DNA from: a virus
Strand: one strand, 5' to 3'
IMG/VR virus record: IMGVR_UViG_3300010885_039212
Span: 1-64,000 of that record
DNA length: 64,000 nt
The notes below the pieces were generated by a model that was given only the letters and a program-made list of their open reading frames with translations, ran no database searches and was not told where the DNA came from. Shown one piece after another: positions 36,999 through 47,562 of the stretch. The stretch's first letter is position 1. Every line of letters starts with the position of its first letter. The translations under genes and the position numbers were made by a program.

Positions 36999-37848
36999 AC
37001 TGGATCCTTTATATAATTTTAGGCACCACCATGCCCACTCTACATCAGGTAAATCGCTATGCCAACGAAACTGGTTGTCGTGCAGCAATTACTGAATTGA
37101 CCAGTCAAGGAGTAAGAGCGGTATGCTTATTTAAACAAGATTCAAAATGAATGTCAGCATCGATTCCCCTAAATAGTAACCAAATCTGGAAGTTATATGC
37201 GTGATACAATTATTAATGCAGTTCGAGAGATGATGGAAAGACACTGGGATGTTTATGAAATTGCCAGTAAACTAAAGATTGATATTGCAGTGGTGCAAGC
37301 AATTGTAGATATGTTATCATAGGAGTGATATGTTAAATGACAAATTAGGTGTAAGTGATACAATCTCAATACAGATTGTAAAAGGAACACCAAAACAAGA
37401 AGGAGAACGAATGAGTTATTCTCGCTGGGGTGTTTCCACATGGTACGCATTCTACAATGTAAATGGATGCCTTTCTCTTTGGAGTGATATGGATCATATC
37501 ATCGACTGGGAATTTGAAGATCTAAAATATATTACGATTCAGAAATTACTGGAAGTTTATGGTTGCACTGAGGAAGACGCCAAAGAAGCAATGACTTACA
37601 TTGCGCAATATTTGCAAGATTATAAAGAGGATAATAAAGATGGACAAGAATCTGTTTAATTATAGTATTCGTATTACTCCACAAGGTACGTATGTTTGGA
37701 ATCAAAACCCAAAGAAAGAAAAAGTTTCAGATTGGGTCGAAGACACGATTGACGCATATTTGCAATCTACCAATGACTATGCTGTTGCAAATGCGCTACT
37801 ACAAAAATATCGCTTGACAAATAATAAGAATTAAGGTATAATTATACT

Positions 37849-38064
37849 ATGATACCTGATAATGAACTTGTTGAATTAGCCAATAAAGTAGATAGACTTA
37901 TGTCTAACTTAATGGTAGAATATAAAATCTCGCCTTTAATCCTTGGAAGTGTTATTCTTGCAAGACTTATGGTGCTCACTGAGATGACAAAAGAAAATAA
38001 AGACTTTCGCACAATAATGCAGTCTGCCCTTGATAAACCCTTTACTGATAGAACACTACAATGA
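37849..38064 (+). CDS. hypothetical protein
   Basis: Immediately downstream of consensus TTGACA-17-TATAAT (37814-37842); possibly leaderless. Confidence 0.55.
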   Translation: MIPDNELVELANKVDRLMSNLMVEYKISPLILGSVILARLMVLTEMTKENKDFRTIMQSALDKPFTDRTLQ

Positions 38065-38927
38065 AAATCGCTATTTGCTCCGATGTCCATTTGGAATTTG
38101 GGCAACTCAGATTAAGAAATACTGAAAATGCTGAAGTCCTTATTCTATCTGGTGATATTTGCACTGCTTGTGATTTATTATCCAACGACGATCGGTCTTT
38201 TATTGGGACTGCTAAGTCTAATCGTTATCATGAGTTTTTCAGCAACTGTAGTAGTGAGTTTCATCATGTTGTTTATGTTGCTGGGAATCATGAACATTAT
38301 CATGGAGATTATGCTGAAACTTTGAAAATCCTCAAAGAACAATTAGCATACCTTGGTAATGTTCATATTCTAGACAATGAATCTTGGGATTTTGAAGACT
38401 ATTGTTTTATCGGTGGAACACTTTGGACTAATATGAATGATGAAGATGAAATGACCATGCAACATGTTCAACATCGTATGAATGATTTTCGTATTTGTGA
38501 AAACAGTAACAACATGGTTAACTATCGATCAATTGATAAACATGGCGAAACTATATTTCGCAAGCGTCCAGGAACACTGAGTCCTGCTGATGTTGTTGAA
38601 GAACACAAAGCCATGATGAAGTTCATTGAGGATACTTACACAAATACTCCTCCATGGATAACAACGATTGTTGTTGGTCACCATGCTCCAAGTAAACTGT
38701 CTGAGCATCCTCGCTACAAACAAGATGTTTTAATGAATGGTGCGTACAACTCTAATCTGGATCAGTTTATTCTTGATCGTCCAGGAATTAAATTGTGGAC
38801 TCATGGTCATACTCATGAAGACTTTGATTATATGATTGGTTCCACTCGTGTAATTTGTAATCCTCGTGGTTATATCGATTATGAAGATCGTGCTGATCGA
38901 TTTGAACTAAAGGTAGTTGAAGTATGA
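38061..38927 (+). CDS. calcineurin-like metallophosphoesterase
   Basis: SDVHLE, GD, GNHEHY, HHAP, HGHTH, NPRGY. Confidence 0.9.
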   Translation: MKIAICSDVHLEFGQLRLRNTENAEVLILSGDICTACDLLSNDDRSFIGTAKSNRYHEFFSNCSSEFHHVVYVAGNHEHYHGDYAETLKILKEQLAYLGNVHILDNESWDFEDYCFIGGTLWTNMNDEDEMTMQHVQHRMNDFRICENSNNMVNYRSIDKHGETIFRKRPGTLSPADVVEEHKAMMKFIEDTYTNTPPWITTIVVGHHAPSKLSEHPRYKQDVLMNGAYNSNLDQFILDRPGIKLWTHGHTHEDFDYMIGSTRVICNPRGYIDYEDRADRFELKVVEV

Positions 38928-39259
38928 GTGACTATCATCCTGATAAATGGTTAGTTGTTAAAATTACTGGAAAAGATTATCCACCTGTCCATAAAGTTTT
39001 TGCCAACTGGTATGGTGGATATCTTGGATCAGACTCATGGAAACTAAACAGTGGTATTACTAAGGCTACTCTTATTGGTGGCCATTACGAGTTTGATGGT
39101 AGTTCTGGTTCTGTTTACTTTTGTAATGTTAACAGTTATGGAAGTAATGGATATGGATCAGGAGTTCTCGCTGATATGATTGAGAAGGCTGCTAAAAATG
39201 GTATTACCATTGAAGTGTTAGATGAAACTACAAATTTTCTGGAGATAAATTATGAATAG
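38924..39259 (+). CDS. conserved phage hypothetical protein
   Basis: WYGGYLGSDSWKLNSGI. Confidence 0.7.
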   Translation: MSDYHPDKWLVVKITGKDYPPVHKVFANWYGGYLGSDSWKLNSGITKATLIGGHYEFDGSSGSVYFCNVNSYGSNGYGSGVLADMIEKAAKNGITIEVLDETTNFLEINYE

Positions 39260-39428
39260 GTATACAATTACTGTTGAAGAAGATCCAGAAACTGGAGATC
39301 TAGTTCTTCCATTTACTGACGAAATTCTTTCTGCAGTTGGATGGAAAGCTGGAGACACACTTAACTGGACAGTGAATAAAGATGGTTCTTGGACTTTAGA
39401 GAAGAAGCAAGATGAACCAACAGAATGA
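39252..39428 (+). CDS. AbrB/MazE-like small protein (58 aa; not in ORF track)
   Basis: GDLVLPFTDEILSAVGWKAGDTLNW; GGAG RBS. Confidence 0.65.
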   Translation: MNRYTITVEEDPETGDLVLPFTDEILSAVGWKAGDTLNWTVNKDGSWTLEKKQDEPTE

Positions 39429-39542
39429 GCAAGACAATGCACTTGAACATTATATAAAAAAGTGTATGCAGTTAGAAGAAGAAAATCGTGAGTTGAAGAA
39501 TCAAATTAAACAATTACTTTGGATATTAGAGGAGAAAGATTA

Positions 39543-39863
39543 ATGAGCAAATTTACATTTATGTGCGAAGAAGAACCGATGCCATTTGCAGCAAATGTTC
39601 TTACTAAAAGAGTTTTTGAATTCAATGCGGTATCACTAAATGATATTCTGCAAGAATTTGAATATTTCTTAAGAGGTGCAGGATTCTGCATTAATGGAAC
39701 AGTTGATATTGTTCCAGAAGAAACTTATGAAGAAATGAATGAAGACAATGATGAGGTTCAAACATTTTCAGTTCCACAAGAACTAGATGAATGGACTCGT
39801 GTTATTCGTGAAGACAACATGGGACATTCACATCACTACTTTGATACAGAAAGAAACAAATGA
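39543..39863 (+). CDS. hypothetical protein
   Basis: GAGGAG RBS, FLRGAGF. Confidence 0.6.
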   Translation: MSKFTFMCEEEPMPFAANVLTKRVFEFNAVSLNDILQEFEYFLRGAGFCINGTVDIVPEETYEEMNEDNDEVQTFSVPQELDEWTRVIREDNMGHSHHYFDTERNK

Positions 39864-40234
39864 CAAAAGTATTTACAGACGTAGCAGTCTTTATGACAGC
39901 ATGTGGGCAAGAATGTCCAACTACACCATCAAAACCATCAGATCTTTCAGCTTTGTATGTAAAGTTAATTCAAGAAGAATATTTTGAATTTATGAAAGCC
40001 ACTAAAAATAATAATGACACTGAAGAACTCGATGCGTGTTTTGATATAATGTGGGTCATTGTTGGTTATATGCGATCACGTGGTTGGGATTGTGAAATGG
40101 CATGGGACGAAGGTGCTAAATCAAACCTAAGTAAAATTGATCCTACCACTGGAAATGTAATTACACGTGAAGATGGAAAGATTCTTAAACCAGAGGGTTG
40201 GCAACCACCCAATTTTAGGCAATTTGTAAAATGA
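39860..40234 (+). CDS. NTP pyrophosphohydrolase (MazG/PRA-PH-like)
   Basis: LIQEEYFE, ELDA, SNLSK, REDGKILKP. Confidence 0.8.
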   Translation: MTKVFTDVAVFMTACGQECPTTPSKPSDLSALYVKLIQEEYFEFMKATKNNNDTEELDACFDIMWVIVGYMRSRGWDCEMAWDEGAKSNLSKIDPTTGNVITREDGKILKPEGWQPPNFRQFVK

Positions 40235-40737
40235 TTCTTGATTTATATTTGGATATGGATGGCGTGTTGTGTAATTTTGACAAAGCATATCGCAAAATTA
40301 CAGATATACGTGTAAAAGACCATAAACAATTTCGTGACGCAGTTATGAATTATAAAATTTTTGAAGATTTGGAATTTATGCCAGATGCTCAAGAACTTCT
40401 TAATCATGTTACTAAGATAGATGGTGTTAATATTCAAATTTTAACATCTATGGGAACATATGATAAACCACAGGCAAATGAAGCAATGCGTCAAAAACAA
40501 AAGTGGTTAGATAAACACAATATTCCATATCCTGCAAATTTCGTTCATTCCAAAGAAGAGAAGTCGATGTATGCTTCGTCAATTTCTATTTTGATTGATG
40601 ATTCAGTTGGATGTATTAAACCATTTGAGTATGAAGGTGGATATGGTATACTACACACATCTGCAAAAGAATCTATAAAACACTTGGAATATGTTATGAC
40701 TCAAATTAGAGCAATGCATGCTGTGAGGTTCGTGTGA
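40231..40737 (+). CDS. 5'(3')-deoxyribonucleotidase, HAD superfamily
   Basis: LDMDGVLCNF, ILIDD. Confidence 0.8.
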   Translation: MILDLYLDMDGVLCNFDKAYRKITDIRVKDHKQFRDAVMNYKIFEDLEFMPDAQELLNHVTKIDGVNIQILTSMGTYDKPQANEAMRQKQKWLDKHNIPYPANFVHSKEEKSMYASSISILIDDSVGCIKPFEYEGGYGILHTSAKESIKHLEYVMTQIRAMHAVRFV

Positions 40738-41021
40738 ACGAACTATTAAAACCGACATTTGACTGGATTCATGATGACTATAGTAGTAATCGTTTTCGTT
40801 TTATTCTTGAGTTGTTGGCTTGGATTATTAGTATCGGTTGCTCTCTTACTATGGCAATTACAGTCCCCAGTCCTCCACTGCTTGCTCTCTATCCTGTTTG
40901 GATTACTGGGTGCGTTATCTATAGTTGGTGCGCTTATAGTAGGAAATCGTTTGGCATGTTGGCTAACTATGTACTGCTGACAACTATTGATACTGTTGGA
41001 CTTATAAGGATGCTTATGTAA
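40734..41021 (+). CDS. membrane protein
   Basis: Three TM segments. Confidence 0.6.
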   Translation: MNELLKPTFDWIHDDYSSNRFRFILELLAWIISIGCSLTMAITVPSPPLLALYPVWITGCVIYSWCAYSRKSFGMLANYVLLTTIDTVGLIRMLM

Positions 41022-41174
41022 TGTGGCGACTATGGGCTAAAGCACTTGGCGAAAAAACTGGTAGTAGCGATTGTGAATCCGATCAGATCGCTATTATCCG
41101 CACTATTATTGTTTTATCTTATATTATTACAAATTTTTTTATTATTGCTGGCGTAATCCGCCATTGGTGAACTT

Positions 41175-42197
41175 ATGAATATTTCTAAAATTGGTTTTGC
41201 TTGTAAATGGATTGATAATGCTAATCAAGTTGATGGCATCAGTCCAAAAGACGATGCTCGTAAATACAGCACAGGTACTACTACTATTGCTTGGCTTGCT
41301 CGTCAAAGCGTAGAAGATGCTGAACAAAAAATTTATGACATTGTTAAACAAAATCTTCAAAATACACTTAACCTTGTAATTAAAATATCGACCTTACCAG
41401 TTGGTTTACGCATGGTTCGTCTCAGTAGTGAAATCTTACCAGTGTATACTCACAAGGACTGGTCTTATTTTTACAAACGTGCAGATGTTATTAAATTAAT
41501 GGAATACTGTTTTAACAAAATTGGTGAAGTTGCCAGAACTTCTGGTGTTCGCCTTTCTTTTCATCCAGGACAGTTTACTGTTCTTGCTTCAGAAAATCCA
41601 GGTATTGTTAATAACTCTATCAATGAATTTGAATACCATACCGACATGGCACGAATGATGGGTTATGGTAAAACATTTCAAGACTTTAAAATCAACGTGC
41701 ATATCTCAGGTAAACTTGGACCAGAAGGTATTCGTGCTGCGTATAAAAGATTATCACTAGAAGCACGTAATTGTATCACTATTGAAAATGAAGAAAACGC
41801 ATGGGGTCTTGATGATTCGCTAGAACTTGCTGATCTGTTACCAATTGTTCTTGACATACATCATCACTGGTGTCGTGAAGGTATATGGTTAGATCCAAAT
41901 AGCGATCAAGTCAAACGTGTTATTGATTCTTGGCGTGGAGTTCGTCCAACAATGCACTACTCGCAATCACGTGAAGATTATCTTATTGATCATCCAACTA
42001 ATATCCAACCAGATATGAATTTATTAAAAGACGCAGGATATAAAAAATCTAAACTGCGTGCACATTCAGACTTTTATTGGAATACTGCATCAAATGATTG
42101 GGTTCTTGGGTATTTACCAACTCACGATATTATGTGCGAAAGTAAAGCAAAAAATCTTGCTAGTTTTGCTCTTTATGAGAAATCTCTTGCTGTATGA
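41175..42197 (+). CDS. uvsE: UV damage endonuclease
   Basis: IGFAC, RLSS, RLSFHPGQF, IENEE, LDIHHH, AHSD. Confidence 0.92.
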   Translation: MNISKIGFACKWIDNANQVDGISPKDDARKYSTGTTTIAWLARQSVEDAEQKIYDIVKQNLQNTLNLVIKISTLPVGLRMVRLSSEILPVYTHKDWSYFYKRADVIKLMEYCFNKIGEVARTSGVRLSFHPGQFTVLASENPGIVNNSINEFEYHTDMARMMGYGKTFQDFKINVHISGKLGPEGIRAAYKRLSLEARNCITIENEENAWGLDDSLELADLLPIVLDIHHHWCREGIWLDPNSDQVKRVIDSWRGVRPTMHYSQSREDYLIDHPTNIQPDMNLLKDAGYKKSKLRAHSDFYWNTASNDWVLGYLPTHDIMCESKAKNLASFALYEKSLAV

Positions 42198-42742
42198 AAA
42201 TAGTTTCATACTATACTGCATTGTATCAATTTGAAGCATCAAACCTTAGAGAATCTCTTAAGAAATTTCCAGATATACATTATGATATTGACGAACGATC
42301 AGAAAGTGGTAGTTGGGAACTAAACACACACTATAAAGCAGTTTATATTAAAGAGAAATTAATCGAACCAGTTATTTGGACTGATGCCGATTCAGTTTTA
42401 AAACAGTATCCCACGTTAATTGAAACGATAGATTGTGATTTTGCTGCTCATTGGTTTAAAGATAAAGAACTTATATCAGCAACAATGTATTGGAATAATA
42501 CACCTAAAGCCCATGAGTTATTGGATAAGTGGATAGAATTAAATAAACTAAATTCAAAACTATGGGATCAGGTAAATTTACAAAATGCTTTAACTGAAAT
42601 TGAAGATATTAAAGTAATTAAGTTACCGCCAGAGTATAATTTTATATTTGATTTAAGTCGAGAATATTATGGTAATTTGAACCCTGTATTTGAGCACTAT
42701 CAAGCAAGTCGAAAATATAAAAATCGACTAAATAGAACGTAA
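42194..42742 (+). CDS. putative nucleotide-diphospho-sugar transferase (GT-A)
   Basis: WTDADS, DQ, LPPEY, HYQASR. Confidence 0.65.
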   Translation: MKIVSYYTALYQFEASNLRESLKKFPDIHYDIDERSESGSWELNTHYKAVYIKEKLIEPVIWTDADSVLKQYPTLIETIDCDFAAHWFKDKELISATMYWNNTPKAHELLDKWIELNKLNSKLWDQVNLQNALTEIEDIKVIKLPPEYNFIFDLSREYYGNLNPVFEHYQASRKYKNRLNRT

Positions 42743-42751
42743 GGAGTTATT

Positions 42752-43000
42752 ATGCCAACGTATGTATTTCGAGACAAAGAAACTGGTGAGCAATTTGAAC
42801 AGATTATGAAGATGTCTGAACTTGACTTGTTCAGAGAACAAAATCCCCACCTAGAAACAATAATTCAAGCAGTAGCGTTTGGGGATAGTCACAAGTTAAG
42901 TGGTAGTCGTAAGTTTGATTCAGGATTCAAGGAGGTTCTACAAAGAGTACACGAAAAAACACCAGGAAGCCAACTCAATAAGTCGTCATCACAATTATAA
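42752..43000 (+). CDS. FmdB-like small protein
   Basis: MPTYVF...GFKEVL. Confidence 0.6.
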   Translation: MPTYVFRDKETGEQFEQIMKMSELDLFREQNPHLETIIQAVAFGDSHKLSGSRKFDSGFKEVLQRVHEKTPGSQLNKSSSQL

Positions 43001-43009
43001 GGAAACTCA

Positions 43010-43777
43010 ATGGCTCGTACTTTCGCAGCAAAAAAAGTAGTAGAAATTCATAATGAAGAACGTGAGACAAAGCCAGTTACAAATAATCAATTAAGATTAC
43101 GTTTAGATAATCTAAAAACTTTCCAACCATTAACAGAAAATCAAAAACTATTTTATGATGCGTATAAGCGTGGTGACTATTTTGTAGCACTACATGGTGT
43201 GGCAGGAACAGGAAAAACATTTATTGCTTTATATAAAGCAATAGAAGAAGTATTAGATAAATCAAATCCCTTTAATAAAATTATTGTAGTTCGTTCTGCA
43301 GTTCAATCTAGAGAAATGGGTCATCTTCCAGGTGATGCTGGTGAGAAGATGGAAATCTATGAACAACCATATCGTCAGATCTGCCATCAATTATTTGAAC
43401 GTAAAGATGCATGGGATCGTTTAGAAGAACAGGGTTATATTCAATTTATCTCTACGTCATTTATTCGTGGTATGTCTTTTGATAATGCAATTATTATCGT
43501 AGATGAAATGCAAAACTTGACTTATGAAGAGATTGACACAGTTATGACTCGTGTTGGTCATATGTCTAAAATTATTTGGTGTGGGGACTATCGTCAGACT
43601 GATCTAAATAAACGAAAGAACGACGTTACTGGTATTTTAAAATTCTTTGATATCGCCCAACATATGAAGGCATTTACTCGCATTGAATTTACTGTAGATG
43701 ACATTGTTCGTTCATCATTAGTTAAAGATTATATCTTGGCTAAATTAAAGTACGAAGATTACGAGGATAAAAAATGA
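43010..43777 (+). CDS. phoH: PhoH-like ATPase
   Basis: GVAGTGKT, GHLPG, RG, DEMQN, GDYRQ, IVRS. Confidence 0.93.
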   Translation: MARTFAAKKVVEIHNEERETKPVTNNQLRLRLDNLKTFQPLTENQKLFYDAYKRGDYFVALHGVAGTGKTFIALYKAIEEVLDKSNPFNKIIVVRSAVQSREMGHLPGDAGEKMEIYEQPYRQICHQLFERKDAWDRLEEQGYIQFISTSFIRGMSFDNAIIIVDEMQNLTYEEIDTVMTRVGHMSKIIWCGDYRQTDLNKRKNDVTGILKFFDIAQHMKAFTRIEFTVDDIVRSSLVKDYILAKLKYEDYEDKK

Positions 43778-44394
43778 TAACATCAGAACAGTTCCATCAC
43801 TTATTTCCACACAACCCAGATCCTGAACTCTGGGCACATGCCATGGCAGAAGTATTTCCAACTTATGATATTAACACACCAAGAAGGATTGCTGCATTCC
43901 TTGCGCAATGCGGACATGAGTCTGGTGGTTGGGTAGTATTTGAAGAAAATTTAAATTACTCTGCTCAAGGATTGAATGGTATTTTTAAGAAATACTTTCC
44001 AACGATTGAATCTGCACAACCATATGCACGTCAACCAGAAAGAATTGCCAATAAGATTTATGCAAATCGTATGGGTAATGGATCAGAAGAATCTGGAGAT
44101 GGTTTTAAATATCGTGGACGTGGACCAATTCAGTTAACTGGTAAATCTAACTATACTTCATTTGCAAAAGAAATGTTTGATGACTGGCAGAATGTAGTTG
44201 ATAATCCTGATTGGGTTACTGAAGATAAAGACTTTGCTTTAATGTCAGCAATTTGGTTTTGGAATAAAAATAAACTAAATGCTCTTGCTGATGTTGAAGA
44301 TATAAAGTTAATGACTAAAAAGATTAATGGTGGTTATATCGGTCTTGATGATCGTATTAAACACTATAACGAAGCAATACAATTACTTGCATAA
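43774..44394 (+). CDS. GH19 endolysin
   Basis: FLAQCGHESG, YRGRGPIQLTG, INGG. Confidence 0.9.
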   Translation: MITSEQFHHLFPHNPDPELWAHAMAEVFPTYDINTPRRIAAFLAQCGHESGGWVVFEENLNYSAQGLNGIFKKYFPTIESAQPYARQPERIANKIYANRMGNGSEESGDGFKYRGRGPIQLTGKSNYTSFAKEMFDDWQNVVDNPDWVTEDKDFALMSAIWFWNKNKLNALADVEDIKLMTKKINGGYIGLDDRIKHYNEAIQLLA

Positions 44395-44407
44395 TTAGGA
44401 GAATAAA

Positions 44408-44524
44408 ATGTTAGACATTCTATTTTGGGTAGCATTTGGCGCATTTGTTGGTTGGAATTTTCCACAGCCTTTCTGGGCTAAAATTATACAAGAAAAAATT
44501 CAAACAATGATCGCTAAAAAATAA
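44408..44524 (+). CDS. small membrane protein (38 aa; not in ORF track)
   Basis: AGGAG RBS; MLDILFWVAFGAFVGWNFPQP. Confidence 0.6.
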   Translation: MLDILFWVAFGAFVGWNFPQPFWAKIIQEKIQTMIAKK

Positions 44525-44898
44525 TGGCTTACTCCGATAAGGTAATCGATCACTACGAGAACCCAAGAAATGTTGGTTCTTTAGATAAAGACGATCCATC
44601 AGTTGGCACTGGTATGGTTGGTGCACCTGCTTGCGGTGACGTAATGAAACTACAAATAAAGGTAGATGAAAATGGTATTATTAGAGATGCTCGTTTCAAG
44701 ACATATGGATGCGGTTCAGCAATCGCCAGTTCGTCGTTGGTTACAGAATGGGTTAAAGGGATGCATATTGATGCTGCTGCTAATCTACGCAACTCTCAGA
44801 TTGCCGAAGAACTAGCATTACCTCCAGTTAAGATTCACTGCTCCATACTTGCAGAAGATGCGATTAAAGCAGCAGTAGAAGACTATAGAAAAAAATAA
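44524..44898 (+). CDS. iscU: Fe-S cluster scaffold IscU
   Basis: HYENPRNVG, APACGDVM, GCGSAIASSS, LPPVKIHC. Confidence 0.96.
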   Translation: MAYSDKVIDHYENPRNVGSLDKDDPSVGTGMVGAPACGDVMKLQIKVDENGIIRDARFKTYGCGSAIASSSLVTEWVKGMHIDAAANLRNSQIAEELALPPVKIHCSILAEDAIKAAVEDYRKK

Positions 44899-45025
44899 TT
44901 AGATAAAAAATGAAAAAACTTATACATTTTTTAAGACTATCTTATAGGATGTGTTGTATAGCTCGACTTGCAGCATCTTATACGAATTTGGGTCAAGTTA
45001 ACAAAGCCAGAGCCTTGTACGTAAA

Positions 45026-45355
45026 ATGATAACGCTTACCGAAAAAGCCTGTGAAAAAATAAAAACTCAAATTAAAAATCGTGGTACTGGCGATGGGATT
45101 AGGCTTGGTGTAAAGACCACAGGATGCAGTGGCTTAGCATATACAATGGAGTATGTCGATAAATATGAATTTGAAGAAGGTGTAACTAATTACGCTCAAA
45201 AAGATTTTGCAGTTCTTGTAGATACAAAGAGTGATCCTTATCTAAATGGATTAACCATGGATTGGGTTCGTAATGGACTCAATGAAGGATTTGATTTTCA
45301 AAACCCAAACGAACGAGACCGCTGTGGTTGCGGAGAAAGTTTCAGAGTAAAATAA
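45026..45355 (+). CDS. iscA: A-type Fe-S carrier IscA
   Basis: GCSGLAY, CGCGESF. Confidence 0.92.
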   Translation: MITLTEKACEKIKTQIKNRGTGDGIRLGVKTTGCSGLAYTMEYVDKYEFEEGVTNYAQKDFAVLVDTKSDPYLNGLTMDWVRNGLNEGFDFQNPNERDRCGCGESFRVK

Positions 45356-45368
45356 AAAGGAGATTCTA

Positions 45369-45746
45369 ATGGAATTAGAACAAATGAAGGAGCAGATGAG
45401 TGCCAACGCCAGCAAAGGCGCACTGATCGAAAAAGTAACATTTGCAGTATTGCCAATCATGTTTGCCTGTGTGGTGTATTTGATGAATGCGCTGTCTCAT
45501 GTTAATCATCAGTTGACCATTCTTGAAAGCAAGATGCAGTTGGTGGTGACATCAGACAACAAACAAGCACCAAACATGGGTGCTGAACTGGCTCGTGAAA
45601 AACTGCGCCAAGACTTTATGCAACAGAATACAGAAGCACTATCAAGAAGCGGTGCCAACAAAGCTGTGTTGGACACATTAGTATGGCGTGTGCAAGAGTT
45701 GGAAAAGTACAAAGAGAAACAATCTAACAATGGTGGGAAGAAGTAA
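45369..45746 (+). CDS. membrane-anchored coiled-coil protein
   Basis: One TM, AAGGAG RBS. Confidence 0.6.
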   Translation: MELEQMKEQMSANASKGALIEKVTFAVLPIMFACVVYLMNALSHVNHQLTILESKMQLVVTSDNKQAPNMGAELAREKLRQDFMQQNTEALSRSGANKAVLDTLVWRVQELEKYKEKQSNNGGKK

Positions 45747-45749
45747 TAA

Positions 45750-46073
45750 ATGATAACAATAACAGAATCAGCAAAGATAAAAATTCTAGATCTTTTCGCA
45801 GAAGAAGGTAATCCTGACTTATGTTTAAGAACATTCGTACAAGGTGGTGGATGTAGCGGAATGAGTTATGGATTTACATTTGATGAGATAATGAACGAAG
45901 ACGATTTTGAAGTACCTCTTGAAAAAACTAAAATACTAATAGATTCCATGAGTATGCAATATCTAACAGGAGCAACTGTGGATTATAAAGAAGATATACA
46001 AGGCTCACAATTTGTTATAACTAATCCAAATGCACAATCAACCTGTGGTTGTGGAAGTAGTTTCTCAGTATAA
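45750..46073 (+). CDS. erpA: A-type Fe-S carrier ErpA-like
   Basis: [25 protein letters not shown]. Confidence 0.88.
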   Translation: MITITESAKIKILDLFAEEGNPDLCLRTFVQGGGCSGMSYGFTFDEIMNEDDFEVPLEKTKILIDSMSMQYLTGATVDYKEDIQGSQFVITNPNAQSTCGCGSSFSV

Positions 46074-46074
46074 T

Positions 46075-46728
46075 ATGAAGACATTTATACACCATGAATT
46101 CGATAAACTCCAACGTGAAACCTCTCCCGATGGTAAAAGAGTTTACAAAACTCCGTCGGGTCGAGCCTACCCTAGCGTCACAACAGTTACAGGACTCCAC
46201 TCAGCAAAATCAATCGCACAGTGGAGAGCAAGAGTCGGAGAAGCAGAAGCCAACAGAATATCAGGTCGCGCAAGTGCACGTGGCACAAGAATCCACAGTC
46301 TCTGCGAATCATTCCTCCGCAATGAAAGATGTGAGCCTGATATCTTCGATCGAGAATTATTTCAGGGAATTTCACCCCACCTTGAAGAAATAGATAATAT
46401 ACATGCGCTTGAAGATCCTCTGTACTCAGATCATCTTGAAGTTGCGGGAACTGTTGATTGTATTGCTGAGTTTAGAGGTAAGTTATCTGTAATAGATTTT
46501 AAAACTTCAAGTAAAGTAAAAACTCGTGATGATATTCACAATTACTTTATGCAAACATCAGCATATGCAGTTGCCTTTGAAGAACGAACTGGGATTCCTG
46601 TTGGTAGACTTGTAGTTATTATGGGAGTTGATAATGAGGATCCATTGATATTTGTCGAGAAGAGAGATACTTGGATTGATGGTTTCTGCAAATTGAGAGA
46701 AGAATATAAAAATAAATTTGCTTTATAA
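46075..46728 (+). CDS. PD-(D/E)XK exonuclease
   Basis: YPSVTT, RGTRIH, AGTVD, IDFKTS, Q..AY. Confidence 0.85.
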   Translation: MKTFIHHEFDKLQRETSPDGKRVYKTPSGRAYPSVTTVTGLHSAKSIAQWRARVGEAEANRISGRASARGTRIHSLCESFLRNERCEPDIFDRELFQGISPHLEEIDNIHALEDPLYSDHLEVAGTVDCIAEFRGKLSVIDFKTSSKVKTRDDIHNYFMQTSAYAVAFEERTGIPVGRLVVIMGVDNEDPLIFVEKRDTWIDGFCKLREEYKNKFAL

Positions 46729-46752
46729 CTAAATATAAGGTATAATGAAGGT

Positions 46753-47035
46753 ATTGCTGTATGAAGTGATGTAAAACGTGTTCTGGACGGGAGTTCGATT
46801 CTCCCCACCTCCACCAAAACGGCACTACACCCCTCTTAACAATGGGCAACCTTGTAGTGCGTTTTTGATGGGGGTGACTAGGTTTCGACAGGGCAATTAG
46901 TAACTGCGTGGACAGCACATCAGAGTAGATGTTAAAACTAAACAAAGTAAACGCAAACGACTCACAGTTCGCATTGGCAGCCTAAACGCTGACTAGGGTT
47001 TCGGTAGGTTTCCTCGTAACAGAATAACCTACCAT
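46753..47035 (+). ncRNA. ssrA: circularly permuted (two-piece) tmRNA
   Basis: T-arm+CACCTCCACCA (to 46816) precedes GGGGGTG 5' end (46870); G3-U70; tag ANDSQFALAA* 46953-46985; TATAAT at 46741. Confidence 0.92.
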
Positions 47036-47058
47036 TTTTTAAATAAAGGAATATAATC

Positions 47059-47562
47059 TTGTTGGGTATTATATTAGGTAATGGACCAAGTAAACAGTTT
47101 TACGATAGAAGCGGAGACTGTGTAATTGGTTGTAATATCCCAAGCAAGGAATTTAGTGTTGACGCAACTGTAATATGTGATGTGGAGATTGTTTATCTTT
47201 TAGCGACATCTCCAGAATTAGTTCAATGTCCAGTTATTGTCAGCACTAAAGCATGGGAAAAAATGAAAGAGTTACGTATCGATCATTATTTTGATATTCG
47301 ATACGTGTTTCAACCTAAAGACTGGTATAATACTGCACATTATGCTGCAGAGTTTTTGCTCGAGCATGGAGACTTCAATACAATACATATATGGGGATGC
47401 GATTCTATATTCAGTGATACTACAGAATCTTCTACTGATAAGTTTGTAAAAAAAGAAAACACTAAAGACCAAAAATTTATTAAAAATTGGCGTAGAGTGT
47501 GGGATGAGATTTTTAACCGATACCCAAATATCGACTTTAACACGATGAGGATAGAAAAATGA
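47059..47562 (+). CDS. hypothetical protein with GNGPS motif
   Basis: ILGNGPS, IGCN, IWGCD. Confidence 0.55.
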   Translation: MLGIILGNGPSKQFYDRSGDCVIGCNIPSKEFSVDATVICDVEIVYLLATSPELVQCPVIVSTKAWEKMKELRIDHYFDIRYVFQPKDWYNTAHYAAEFLLEHGDFNTIHIWGCDSIFSDTTESSTDKFVKKENTKDQKFIKNWRRVWDEIFNRYPNIDFNTMRIEK

